Origin: Nitrospirota bacterium
GTDB lineage: Bacteria; Nitrospirota; UBA9217
Assembly: GCA_041476485.1 (NCBI GenBank)
Contig: JBGOTO010000003.1
Span: forward strand, 1-47,577
Length of the DNA: 47,577 bases
Direction of reading: 5' to 3'
Shown here: piece after piece, positions 35,634 to 46,601 of the stretch
Numbering within the stretch: the stretch's first letter is position 1
Layout of the letters: each line of letters starts with the position of its first letter
Made by a program: the position numbers and the translations under genes
The notes under the pieces: generated by a model
What the model was told of the DNA's origin: nothing
Databases searched by the model: none
The model's input: only the letters and a program-made list of their open reading frames with translations

Positions 35634-38540
35634 TCAAATGACCGGTCTCGCATCCGGACGAGGAAGCGCTGAAGCGGATGGTAATTTTTCCGACGTGCAT
35701 CTGTCCACGAGGTAAACGATGGATTGATACGGGATGCCGCCGTGGTGCGACAACCCGATCTCGCACGTGCGGCTGTTGGAATATCCTGTGCCGCAGTCCG
35801 TTGGAAGCGACTGCTTCAAGTCCGCGAGGGCCGAGGCGTTGAGTTCGGGATAGGAGAAGCCCCGGTCGCCCGCAAAACCGCAGCACCCGATCTTTGACGG
35901 CAGCACGACCTTCTCGGCGCAGGCCTGCGCCACGGCCCTGAATTTTTCCGCGAGCCCCATCTTGGTAGAACTACAGGTCACGTGCACCGCCACCGTCTCC
36001 GGGGCCCTCTTGAAATCGAGACGGTCCATGAGGAAAGCGTGGATGAACTCCACGGGTTCGTACAGTTTTACTTTCGACTTGAAGGCGGCCCTCATCCGGT
36101 AAAGACACGGGCTCGTATCGCAGAGAATGGGATATTCGCCGTTGTTGCTGCACTCGAGGACCGCCTTCTCGAGCTCCCGCGACATCGTATCGGCCTCCGT
36201 GAAGAGGCCCTTGCTCTCAAAGGTGAGGCCGCAGCAGAGCCTCTCCACGGCTTTCGGAAAGAGCACGTCATAGTGTGCCTTGCGGAGCACCGAAAGCATC
36301 GCCTCGAAGACCGGCCTCTGGTCTGTATCGCTTTGTGCGGGACCCATGGTTCTGACGATACAGCTCGGGAAATAAACCACCTTACGGTCCGAGCCTTTCA
36401 CGATAGCGCTGAACTTCGGTGAAGAGATTCCCTTCGGCATCGAGGGATACCAGAGGGGGACCGTTTTAAACGAAAGCGTCCGCAACCCCTTCGCGAGGCC
36501 GCTCATGAGCGATGTGCCGAGAACCGCATGCGCCGCATGGACCGCTTTCAGTCCGGCCCTCACGCCGGCGAGGACCAGGGGATAGCGGCCCGCTACCCAT
36601 TGGGCGGTACGGACGGCCCCGGCGGTATTCTGCAACGAGCGCAGGCGCTTGGTAAGCTCTCCGGTGTTGATCGAGACCGGACACGCGGTGGAGCACAGAC
36701 CGTCCGTTGCGCAGGTTTGATCCCCCTGATACCGATAATCGTCTTCGAGACGCCTGAGCCGCAGTGCGTCTTCCTGCGTCGCCTTCAGGCGGGAAATCTC
36801 CCGCTGAATGACGATGCGTTGCCGCGGGGTCGTGGTAATATTTTTTGACGGGCACTTCACCTCGCAGAAGCCGCACTCGATGCACTGGTCCACGATTTCG
36901 TGGGTCTGCGGCAGCGGCTTCAGGTTTTCGAGGTGGAGCGTCGGGTTCGCGCTTATCATCACGTCGGGATTCAGGATCGTGTGCGGGTCGAAGGCCTTCT
37001 TGATCCTCCTCATAAGGCCATAGGCTTTCTCTCCCCATTCCAGTTCCACATAGGGCGCCATGTTCCTGCCCGTTCCGTGCTCCCCCTTGAGCGAGCCGTC
37101 GTATTTTTTCACGACCATAACGGCCACGTCATCCATAAATCGCTGGTACCGCAGCACCTCTTCGGGCAGGCTGAAATCCTGGGTAAAGACGAAATGAAGG
37201 TTCCCATCGAGGGCATGGCCGAAGATGATCCCTTCTGCATAGCCGTGTTGCCGCATCAGGCGTTCAAGCTCGACGGTCGCGTCAGCCAGCGTTTCGATGG
37301 GAAAGGCCACGTCTTCGATGATGACCGTCGTGCCTATCTTCCTCGCGGCGCCGACCGCCGGGAACAGCCCCCGCCTCACGTCCCAGAGGTTCTCGTATTC
37401 CTGTTTCTTGTCGGTGAACGAGACGGGGAATACCGTGGGTATGGATGCAAGCGATTTATTCACCGTCTCCATCTGTTCTCGAAGAGTCGCGGGATCTCCT
37501 GCCCTCGTTTCTACCAGGAGGGCCGCCGCTTCTTTGGACAGGGACTTGAGAAAAGAGGGAAGGCCCGGCTTGTTTTCGACCGATCGCAGGGACGACCTGT
37601 CCATCAGCTCGACCGCCGCTACGGGCTGCTTCTTCAGGATGATCGTCGCCTTGCAGGCGCTCGCTATGTCGGGGAAGAGGATGAGGGCGCTTGCCTTGTG
37701 GGCGTGCTCGGGAACGGTCCTGTAGGTGATCTCGGCGTTGAACCCCAGGGTGCCCTCGGACCCGATCAGGAGATGGAGAATGATATCGATCGGATCGGAA
37801 TAATCGATGAAGGAGTTGATGCTGTAGCCGGTCGTGTTCTTGATGAGGTATTTGTGGGCGATCCGGTTTCGGAGCCCCGGGTCGCTGTTGATCTCGTCAC
37901 GGATATCCTTGAGCTCTTCGATCAACTCTTTGCGGGCTTCAAGAAAGGAACGCCGGGACGCGTGATCCGCCGTATCGAGCAGCGCGCCGTCGGCAAAGAT
38001 GATCTTCATGCTCTCCACGGTTTTGTAGCTGTTCTGCGCCGTGCCGCAGCACATGCCGCTGGCGTTGTTTGCGGCGATGCCGCCGATCATGCAACTGTTG
38101 ATGGAGGCCGGGTCCGGCCCGATCTTTCTCCCGAAGGGCGCCAGGTACCCGTTCGCCTCGGCCCCGATAATGCCCGGCTCCAGGCTTATCCGCTCCCCGT
38201 TGTCACGGATAGCATATTTTTTCCATGCCCCGGCAAGCAGGACCAGGACGGAGTCGGTGACCGCCTGGCCGGAGAGACTGGTGCCCGCCGCCCTGAAGGT
38301 CACCGGGATCTTGAGCCGTCCCGCGGTCCGCAGGACGTGCGATACTTCATCCCTGCTTTCGGTCTTGATGACGATTTTCGGGATCAGCCGGTAGAAGCTG
38401 GCATCGGTGCCGAACGCAAGGGTCTTGAAGGGATCGATCAGAAGCCGGGCTGCGGGGATGAACACTGCGGCCGCATCGTAGAAGCTCCGGTATTCGGAGG
38501 GCAGCGCCCGGTAATCGTTTTTTTTCTTGTTCCCACTCAT
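35634..38540 (-). CDS. FAD- and Fe-S-binding D-lactate dehydrogenase (Dld-II type)
   Basis: FRAAGTSLSGQA, GPDPAS, GSEGTLG, GHALDGNLH, LKGEHGTGRN, CIECGFCEVKCP, CCG domains; ATG at 38540 after AGGAG. Confidence 0.9.
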   Translation of the reverse strand: MSGNKKKNDYRALPSEYRSFYDAAAVFIPAARLLIDPFKTLAFGTDASFYRLIPKIVIKTESRDEVSHVLRTAGRLKIPVTFRAAGTSLSGQAVTDSVLVLLAGAWKKYAIRDNGERISLEPGIIGAEANGYLAPFGRKIGPDPASINSCMIGGIAANNASGMCCGTAQNSYKTVESMKIIFADGALLDTADHASRRSFLEARKELIEELKDIRDEINSDPGLRNRIAHKYLIKNTTGYSINSFIDYSDPIDIILHLLIGSEGTLGFNAEITYRTVPEHAHKASALILFPDIASACKATIILKKQPVAAVELMDRSSLRSVENKPGLPSFLKSLSKEAAALLVETRAGDPATLREQMETVNKSLASIPTVFPVSFTDKKQEYENLWDVRRGLFPAVGAARKIGTTVIIEDVAFPIETLADATVELERLMRQHGYAEGIIFGHALDGNLHFVFTQDFSLPEEVLRYQRFMDDVAVMVVKKYDGSLKGEHGTGRNMAPYVELEWGEKAYGLMRRIKKAFDPHTILNPDVMISANPTLHLENLKPLPQTHEIVDQCIECGFCEVKCPSKNITTTPRQRIVIQREISRLKATQEDALRLRRLEDDYRYQGDQTCATDGLCSTACPVSINTGELTKRLRSLQNTAGAVRTAQWVAGRYPLVLAGVRAGLKAVHAAHAVLGTSLMSGLAKGLRTLSFKTVPLWYPSMPKGISSPKFSAIVKGSDRKVVYFPSCIVRTMGPAQSDTDQRPVFEAMLSVLRKAHYDVLFPKAVERLCCGLTFESKGLFTEADTMSRELEKAVLECSNNGEYPILCDTSPCLYRMRAAFKSKVKLYEPVEFIHAFLMDRLDFKRAPETVAVHVTCSSTKMGLAEKFRAVAQACAEKVVLPSKIGCCGFAGDRGFSYPELNASALADLKQSLPTDCGTGYSNSRTCEIGLSHHGGIPYQSIVYLVDRCTSEKLPSASALPRPDARPVI

Positions 38541-38640
38541 GGACACTCCTGGGGACCGCGGACGGCGCGGGAAAAAATCGTTAGCACCGTTCAAGATAAT
38601 CGCCTGAACATATTTTAGACCTCGCGGCCATCACAAGAAC

Positions 38641-38680
38641 ATCGGTGCGCGTCTGATTTTCTCTATCGGGTTTTGTCCTA
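38641..38680 (-). promoter_or_regulatory. Tandem palindromic operator upstream of the D-lactate dehydrogenase
   Basis: ATCGG-N7-CTGAT and ATCGG-N7-CCTAG; 23 bp upstream of a TAAAAT -10. Confidence 0.8.
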
Positions 38681-38767
38681 GGGGGGAAATCACCTGAGGA
38701 ACGATGCGACGAGGGGACCTTTGCGCCCGCTATCCAAGCGGCGGGAAACACGGGAATCCGGGTAACG

Positions 38768-39412
38768 CTAATCGGTCATTGAGACGAGGTTGTGCTTGAT
38801 GGCGTAATTGGTAAGCTCCGCGTTCGTTTTCATCTTCATCTTCTCGAGGATATGCACCCGGTGGGTGCTCACGGTCTTGACGCTTAGGACCAGCGTCTCC
38901 GCTATCTCGCCCACGGTCCTGCCCGAGGCGATCATGCAGAGGACCTGGTATTCCCGGTCGGAAAGCCGCTCGTGGGGCGGCTGTTCCGGCTCAGGCCCGA
39001 AATCAACGAGCAATTTGTCCGCGATGGACGCGCTGATGTACCTTCCCCCCGCGGACACCTTCCTGATCGCCTCGATCAGTTCTTCGGAAGCGCTCGCCTT
39101 GGTGATGTACCCATAGGCCCCCGCCTTGATCGCGCGGACCGCATACTGCTCCTCGGGATACATGCTCAAAATCAATACGCGCAGCTTCGGCTTCTGGCTT
39201 CTCAGAAGCTTGAGCGTTTCGAGCCCGCTCAAGCCGGGCATGGCTATATCGAGCAGAAGAAGATCGTAGTCGTTCTTGGAAACTTTGTCGAGGACCTCCT
39301 GCCCCCGGCTTGCCTCATCGACGACGACCAGCTCGGGAACGTCCTCGAGTATCTGGCGCAAGCCCTCCCGGAAAATAGCATGGTCGTCTGCAATCAGTAT
39401 CCGTGTCGTCAT
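38768..39412 (-). CDS. NarL/FixJ-family response regulator (REC + LuxR HTH)
   Basis: ADDH, LDIAMPG, LSDREYQVL, LSVKTVSTHR. Confidence 0.95.
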   Translation of the reverse strand: MTTRILIADDHAIFREGLRQILEDVPELVVVDEASRGQEVLDKVSKNDYDLLLLDIAMPGLSGLETLKLLRSQKPKLRVLILSMYPEEQYAVRAIKAGAYGYITKASASEELIEAIRKVSAGGRYISASIADKLLVDFGPEPEQPPHERLSDREYQVLCMIASGRTVGEIAETLVLSVKTVSTHRVHILEKMKMKTNAELTNYAIKHNLVSMTD

Positions 39413-41610
39413 CCGTTCTCCTTGTGGTCGAGAGGTATTTTCACCGTCACCGTCGTCCCTTTCCCCGGAGCGCCGGCGACCGTGACGCTGCCCCCGAGAA
39501 AGCGCGCGCGTTCCTTCATCCCCATGAGCCCGAACGACGCATGGTTCGAGACCTTCTCCTGGGGAATTCCCGCGCCGTTGTCCCGGATTTCCAGCATGAG
39601 CATACTCTCTTCCTTTTTTAATTGCACGTCAACCCGGCTCGCTTTCGAGTGACGGATGATGTTCGTCAGCGTTTCCTGAAAAATCCGGAAGACGGCGATG
39701 GAAACATCCTGGTCCGGGACGGCGAGGTCGGGATCGATCGAGATCGCGCATCCGATCCCGGTCTGCTCTTTGAATTCCTTTGCCTGCCACTCGATCGCGG
39801 CCGGGAGTCCCAGGTAATCCAGGACCGCCGGCCGCAGTTCCGAGGAGATCCTCTGGACGGTGCGAATAGTGCTGTCCACGAGGCCGGACATTTTGTCGGA
39901 CTTTTCCGCGAGCTGTGTCTGGTCCAGCGACAGCCGCTTTTTGAGCCACGCTATGTCGAGTTTCAGTTTTGAAAGGATCTGGCCGAGTTCGTCGTGTATC
40001 TCCCGGGCGATATGTCCCCGTTCCTCCTCGCGCGCCGACTGGATGTGCGCCGAAAGGCTCCTCAGCTCCTCGCGCGATCGCCGTAATGCCATTTCCACCC
40101 GCTTGCGCTCGGTCATGTCCCTGCCGATGGTCTTCGTCCGGATCAGCTCGCCGTTTTCATCGAGCTCGACGAAGACGTTCAGGGCCGCGGGAAACGTGGT
40201 GCCGTCCTTTCTGACGAACTCCCGCTCAAGGCCGAACAGCTCCCGGTGGTCTTTTAACGTGGAAAATTCCTTTTCGTAGGTCTTTCGCGATTCTTCCGTC
40301 AGGAAATCGGCAATGGGCCTGCCGATGATCTCTTCTTTCCGATAGCCGAGCATTTTCGCCTCGGTCTCATTGCAGTCGATGATGATGCCTTTCTCGTTGA
40401 TGGAATGATACATGTCGGGCGCGTGGTCATAGAGGTCCCGGTATTTCTCCTCGGAGTCCTTGAGCGCCGTTTCATATCGCTTCCGCAGGGAGATATTGAC
40501 GAGCAAAACGATGATGACGAGGCTCAGAACAAAGATCGTTGCCGAGCTCACGAGGATGATATTCTTGTACCGGGAATAGAACGTGTCCGGCTTGTTGATG
40601 ATGATGCTTTCCGCGGGAAGGGCTGACGGCTTGATGCCGAACCGCGCCAGCTCCCGGTAATCGAACATATACAGGTTCGGGCTCTTCTTGACCACGGGGA
40701 TGGTTGAGACGTCCTCTCCCCGGAGGATGCGGAGGGCCATGCCGGCGGCTGATTTCCCCTGCTGAAAAGCGCTCGTCAGCATGCCCCCCACAATGCCCCC
40801 GTTGAGATAAAAATCCCAGAAGCTGTATATGGGGACTTTCGCCGCCTGGTAAATAAGGTCGAGGCTTTCTTCATAGGCGAAGAAGTTTCCCGTCCTGTCC
40901 CGGTTTACGACGGTCAAGAGGATTATGCTGTCGCGAGGGAGGTCCCGGACCTTCGTCAAAAGTTCGTCGATATCAAAGTCCTCGAGGAAAACGAATTTTA
41001 TCCGGCCCTCGAAGTGCGGCATGACTTCTAGCACTTCGTTCTTCATGGCGATGCCGGTGGTGGTCTTGTCGCCGACTACCACGATTTGCGCGGCCTTCGG
41101 GTGCAGCTTCAGGGCGATTTCTATCGTGCTTTTCACATCGGTGTCTTCCACCACTCCCGTGAAACGGTTGAAACCGGCAAGCATCGAGTCCTTGTAATTG
41201 TTGATCCCGCAGAAAACGACGGGGAGGGAGCGAAACGGTCCCTGGTTATAATGCTTTCGGACAAAATCAAAGGCGTCGTTGTCCGTGACGATCACTACAT
41301 CGAAGCGTTCCCGCCGGTACTTTTCCGCGAGGGTTTCATACAGTTTTTGAAAGTAGCGTTCATCATAGTATCGCTTCGTGTCCATGTACTCATAATAGAG
41401 CTCGATACCCTTGCCCTCGCCTTCGCTTTTCAGGACCGTCTCGATGCCGGCCACGATGTTGTCGGTCCAGCTCAGGCCCTTGTGATAGGAGTTCAGGACC
41501 AGGACGCGTTTCTTCGGCGTTGCCTGGGCGTATGCGTCGCCATACGGAAAGACGCCGCAAACCAGCGTGATGAAGAGCGTGATGAGGAACTTCGTTGTTA
41601 CCCTTGTCAT
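39409..41610 (-). CDS. Sensor histidine kinase (periplasmic substrate-binding-like domain, PAS, HisKA_3)
   Basis: Signal/TM helix, VLVLNSYH periplasmic domain, PAS, EERGHIAREIHDELGQ, DNGAG, FGLMGMKER. Confidence 0.93.
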   Translation of the reverse strand: MTRVTTKFLITLFITLVCGVFPYGDAYAQATPKKRVLVLNSYHKGLSWTDNIVAGIETVLKSEGEGKGIELYYEYMDTKRYYDERYFQKLYETLAEKYRRERFDVVIVTDNDAFDFVRKHYNQGPFRSLPVVFCGINNYKDSMLAGFNRFTGVVEDTDVKSTIEIALKLHPKAAQIVVVGDKTTTGIAMKNEVLEVMPHFEGRIKFVFLEDFDIDELLTKVRDLPRDSIILLTVVNRDRTGNFFAYEESLDLIYQAAKVPIYSFWDFYLNGGIVGGMLTSAFQQGKSAAGMALRILRGEDVSTIPVVKKSPNLYMFDYRELARFGIKPSALPAESIIINKPDTFYSRYKNIILVSSATIFVLSLVIIVLLVNISLRKRYETALKDSEEKYRDLYDHAPDMYHSINEKGIIIDCNETEAKMLGYRKEEIIGRPIADFLTEESRKTYEKEFSTLKDHRELFGLEREFVRKDGTTFPAALNVFVELDENGELIRTKTIGRDMTERKRVEMALRRSREELRSLSAHIQSAREEERGHIAREIHDELGQILSKLKLDIAWLKKRLSLDQTQLAEKSDKMSGLVDSTIRTVQRISSELRPAVLDYLGLPAAIEWQAKEFKEQTGIGCAISIDPDLAVPDQDVSIAVFRIFQETLTNIIRHSKASRVDVQLKKEESMLMLEIRDNGAGIPQEKVSNHASFGLMGMKERARFLGGSVTVAGAPGKGTTVTVKIPLDHKENG

Positions 41611-41770
41611 TTCCCGACCTTTCCGTCCGGTATTATAACCGAATTTTTGCAGGAAGGGTTACAAAAAAATCAGGCCGATGCTATAATAAAAGTCGCGGGG
41701 TGTTGCACGGTTTAGATTCATCCGGTTTTTCCGCGACTCAAAAGTCTTTTATGCATGAGGGAGGGATTCC

Positions 41771-42910
41771 ATGCCTCTTATGATCGGCGTGCCCAAGGAG
41801 ACAGCCACCGGGGAGAGAAGGGTCGCCGCCGTGCCCGACGTGGTCAAGAAGTTCAAGTCCCTCGGCGTTGAGCTCTGCCTGGAACGCGGCGCAGGCGAGG
41901 GCAGCCATTTCCGCGACGAGGATTTCGGCGCGACGGTCGTCGCCGCGAACGCCGCCGAGGTATTCGCCACGTCCCAGGTCATTTTCAAAGTCCAGCCGCC
42001 GGCCCTGGACGAGGTGCGTATGATGCGCCCCGGCACGGTGCTCCTCGGCTTCCTTCACCCCTACCAGGACCGGGAACGGGCGAAGCTCTTGTGCGAGCGG
42101 AACATCACGAGCTTCGCCGTCGAGCTAATCCCGCGTATTTCCCGCGCCCAGAGCATGGACGCTCTCTCGTCGCAGGCCACGGTGGCCGGCTACCAGTGCG
42201 CGCTGATCGCCGGGGTGATATCCCCGAAATTTTTCCCCATGATGACTTACGCCGCCGGCACGCTGCGTCCCGCGCGGGTGCTCGTGATCGGCGCGGGGGT
42301 CGCGGGGCTGCAGGCGATAGCGACCGCGCACCGGCTCGGCGCGATCGTCGATGCCTACGACGTGCGGCCGGAGACCAGGGAGCAGGTAGAATCCTTGGGC
42401 GCGAGGTTCGTCGACACCGGCGTGGCCGCCGTCGGCGCGGGCGGGTACGCGCGCGAGCTGTCCGAAGAGGAGAAGAAGCTCCAGCGGGAAAAGCTTGCGA
42501 AGGCCGTCGCGCAGTCGGACGTGGTGATCACCACCGCGGCGCTCCCCGGTAAAAGGAGCCCGCTCATCGTCACCGAGGACATGGTGCGCGGCATGAAGCA
42601 GGGCGCGGTCGTGGTGGACATGGCCGCGGACGTGGGCGGCAACGTCGCGGGCTCGCGCCCCGGCGAGACCGTGGTCACGGCTGGCGTCAGCATCGTGGGG
42701 ACCATTAATTTGGCGTCCCGCATGTCGGTGCACTCCTCCGAGATGTATTCGAAGAACCTGTTCAATTTCATTTCTCCCTTCATCAAGGACGGCGAGCTTC
42801 GGCTCGACTGGGACGACGAGATCATTGCGGGAAGCCTCTTTACGCGCGAGGGGCAAATCCGCCACAACGGGGTAAAGAAGGTTTTGGAGGAGCAAGCAGC
42901 TCATAGCTGA
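41771..42910 (+). CDS. pntA: NAD(P) transhydrogenase subunit alpha part 1
   Basis: GVPKE..GERRVA, PRISRAQSMDALSSQ, GAGVAGLQA, GGYA. Confidence 0.95.
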   Translation: MPLMIGVPKETATGERRVAAVPDVVKKFKSLGVELCLERGAGEGSHFRDEDFGATVVAANAAEVFATSQVIFKVQPPALDEVRMMRPGTVLLGFLHPYQDRERAKLLCERNITSFAVELIPRISRAQSMDALSSQATVAGYQCALIAGVISPKFFPMMTYAAGTLRPARVLVIGAGVAGLQAIATAHRLGAIVDAYDVRPETREQVESLGARFVDTGVAAVGAGGYARELSEEEKKLQREKLAKAVAQSDVVITTAALPGKRSPLIVTEDMVRGMKQGAVVVDMAADVGGNVAGSRPGETVVTAGVSIVGTINLASRMSVHSSEMYSKNLFNFISPFIKDGELRLDWDDEIIAGSLFTREGQIRHNGVKKVLEEQAAHS

Positions 42911-42951
42911 AAGAATTTACCTGAGCTACAACCTGTAATGAGGAGGTATCT

Positions 42952-43235
42952 ATGGAAGGTTTCGCAGCGCTCTACATTTTCATGCTAGCGGCATTTACCG
43001 GCTACGAGGTGATCGCGCGAGTGCCGGTGATCCTGCACACGCCCCTCATGTCCGGCTCCAACTTCGTACACGGCGTGGTGCTCGTGGGCGCCATGGTGGC
43101 GCTGGGGGAGGCGCGGACGCCGCTTGAGCAGACCATCGGTTTCTTCGCAGTGCTGCTCGGCGCGGCGAACGCCGCCGGCGGTTATGTGGTCACGGAACGG
43201 ATGCTCGCCATGTTCAAGAGCGGAAAGGCCGGCAA

Positions 43236-43239
<4 letters not shown>
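42952..43239 (+). CDS. NAD(P) transhydrogenase subunit alpha part 2
   Basis: LHTPLMSGSN, GGYVVTERML. Confidence 0.93.
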
Positions 43240-44612
<1,373 letters not shown>

Positions 44613-44618
44613 ATCTTG

Positions 44619-45047
44619 TTATGAAACCCCTTTTACCTTTTCATAGGTCCTCATGCCGCCGATCCCAAGCAAGCCGAACAAGAGCGTCATGAGCTCTCCG
44701 GACTCGAAAATAGGAATGGTTGATTCCACGTCGAATATGCTCATGATCCAGGACGCAAACGGCGCAAGGATGTAGTACCAGCCGAGCGCAAAAACGCAGA
44801 TCCAGCCCGTGGCGGGCCGCCAGCCGGAAACAAAGAGGTTGGGGCTCTGGGCCTCGACTACGTTGATGTCCGTCTGCGCTTTCTGCGCCGCAAATTCTAT
44901 CTCGAGAAGCTTCTGCATCGCCTCCGCTTCCTTTGCGGGGTCTTTTCCGGTTATCGCGATCCGGATGTCCTTCGCCAGTGCGCCGATGCCCGTAAAAAGC
45001 CCCTTTGCCCCGCCTTCCGCCAGCTCTGAAATCAAATTGCCCATCAT
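44619..45047 (-). CDS. 3TM holin-family protein (GTA/phage type)
   Basis: EAQS..LFVSGWRPATGW and LLGIGGMRTYEKVKG signatures; AGGAGG RBS. Confidence 0.85.
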   Translation of the reverse strand: MMGNLISELAEGGAKGLFTGIGALAKDIRIAITGKDPAKEAEAMQKLLEIEFAAQKAQTDINVVEAQSPNLFVSGWRPATGWICVFALGWYYILAPFASWIMSIFDVESTIPIFESGELMTLLFGLLGIGGMRTYEKVKGVS

Positions 45048-45349
45048 GCACCTCCTGTGGTTTTTCTAAGGGAACGCTGCGACAAGTAATGGCCGGAAAA
45101 TGCGACAACCGACCGCCTGAAATTTATTTCATTATAGCAAATCCATTCGCATGATTCACGGACAAGCACCAAGCTTCCGGCCGAATCAATAACACATTTT
45201 TCTGCTGTGTGTAAATCGCCCGCTATGGGTATTTTTCGGGTATGCGCGTTTATCGTTTTTTGATTTTTCAATGGGCTCCAAACGGGCACAGGTGGTCATG
45301 AGTGATGAGACGAGATGCTGCTCATGCCGGAGACAGCGCAAAAATCCTT

Positions 45350-45378
45350 TTGAAACCGCTCCCCATATGTGCTATGAT
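45350..45378 (+). promoter_or_regulatory. sigma70 promoter for the cytochrome genes
   Basis: TTGAAA-N17-TATGAT with a TG extension. Confidence 0.55.
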
Positions 45379-45441
45379 TGCCCGTCGGTTTCGGCAAGCG
45401 GCTTGTGTTGGCGCGGCCAAATGCAACGGGGAGGACCAATT

Positions 45442-46239
45442 ATGAAGCGGGCATTTTTGATCGTGATCGCAATTCTTACCGTCGCGAGTGTGACCATCGC
45501 ACAGACAGGCATGAAAAAGAAAAGGCCGCTCCCGTTCGAATACGGCAGGGTCGTCTTGAACGCGAACTCGGAAAAAGCGGGCCTCGCCCCCGTCGTGTTC
45601 GACCACTGGCTCCACCGTGCACGGTTTACGTGCAGGCTCTGCCACGTGGACCTCGCCTTTGCCATGAAAGCGGGCGCCACGGGCATAACTGCTTCCGACA
45701 ACAGCAGCGGATACTACTGCGGCGCGTGCCATAACGGCGAGAGGCTTTTTAACGGCAGGAAAATCTTTGCGTCGTGCGCGAAAAAGTCCACGCCGGAAGA
45801 CCTCAAGAGATGCGGACGGTGCCACGCGCAGGGGAGAAGCGCGAAGAGGGACAGCGAGTTTGCCGCGTTCACCGAAGGGTTCCCGAAGGAGCGGTTCGGA
45901 AACGGCATAAACTGGGAAAAAGCCGAGGCCGACGGCCAGCTCGCGCTCGCGGACTTTCTCGACGGGGTGTCGATCAAAAGAAAACCGCTCACTGTTCCGA
46001 AGGACATGACGGTCGAACCGAAGGTGGCGGAAATGCCGGAAATCATCTTCTCGCACAAAAAGCACTCTGCGTGGGCCGGGTGCGAACTCTGCCACCCGGA
46101 GATCTTCGTGGGGGTCAAGAAGGGCGCGACAAAATATTCCATGACCGAGATTTTCGACGGCCGGTACTGCGGCGCGTGCCACGGCAGCGTGGCCTTCCCC
46201 CTGCTCGATTGCCAGCGCTGTCATACGAAATCGATTTAG
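45442..46239 (+). CDS. Hexaheme c7-type cytochrome c
   Basis: Signal peptide; six CxxCH motifs (CRLCH, CGACH, CGRCH, CELCH, CGACH, CQRCH); FDHWLH and FSHKKH; GGAGG RBS. Confidence 0.9.
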   Translation: MKRAFLIVIAILTVASVTIAQTGMKKKRPLPFEYGRVVLNANSEKAGLAPVVFDHWLHRARFTCRLCHVDLAFAMKAGATGITASDNSSGYYCGACHNGERLFNGRKIFASCAKKSTPEDLKRCGRCHAQGRSAKRDSEFAAFTEGFPKERFGNGINWEKAEADGQLALADFLDGVSIKRKPLTVPKDMTVEPKVAEMPEIIFSHKKHSAWAGCELCHPEIFVGVKKGATKYSMTEIFDGRYCGACHGSVAFPLLDCQRCHTKSI

Positions 46240-46268
46240 CGCGCTGTTCCATCGAAGAAGGAGTTGCG

Positions 46269-46598
46269 ATGAAAAAAAATCTGACGCCTGCGGCAGTCGT
46301 GCTTGTCGCTGCATTCGCCTTTGTCGCTTTCACGGCATCCGTGAAACCACCGTTCGTTTCATCCGGGCCGGCCTATGCGCAGGACGATTGGAAAAAAGAA
46401 TTTGACGATGTCTGCGCCGGGACGCAGGACGCCATGCTGTTCGATCCTGAGAAGCTCAAGGAGCTCGTTGCCCGGTGCGACGCTTTAGAGCCGCGCATCG
46501 AAAAGCTCGACGGATCACAGCGCAAGGTGATGCTGAAACGGCTCCGGATGTGCAGGGACCTCTACCGCTATGTACTGCAGTCGAAAGAAGGGAACTGA
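46269..46598 (+). CDS. Hypothetical exported helical protein with three Cys
   Basis: ATG at 46269 after AAGGAG; signal peptide ending AYA; lies between two cytochrome genes. Confidence 0.75.
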   Translation: MKKNLTPAAVVLVAAFAFVAFTASVKPPFVSSGPAYAQDDWKKEFDDVCAGTQDAMLFDPEKLKELVARCDALEPRIEKLDGSQRKVMLKRLRMCRDLYRYVLQSKEGN

Positions 46599-46601
46599 CC
46601 A

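Noticed and set aside
36900-38618. Long plus-strand ORFs (572 aa here, 466 aa at 31310-32710, and similar)
   Set aside because: Antisense shadows of GC-rich genes with no recognisable motifs
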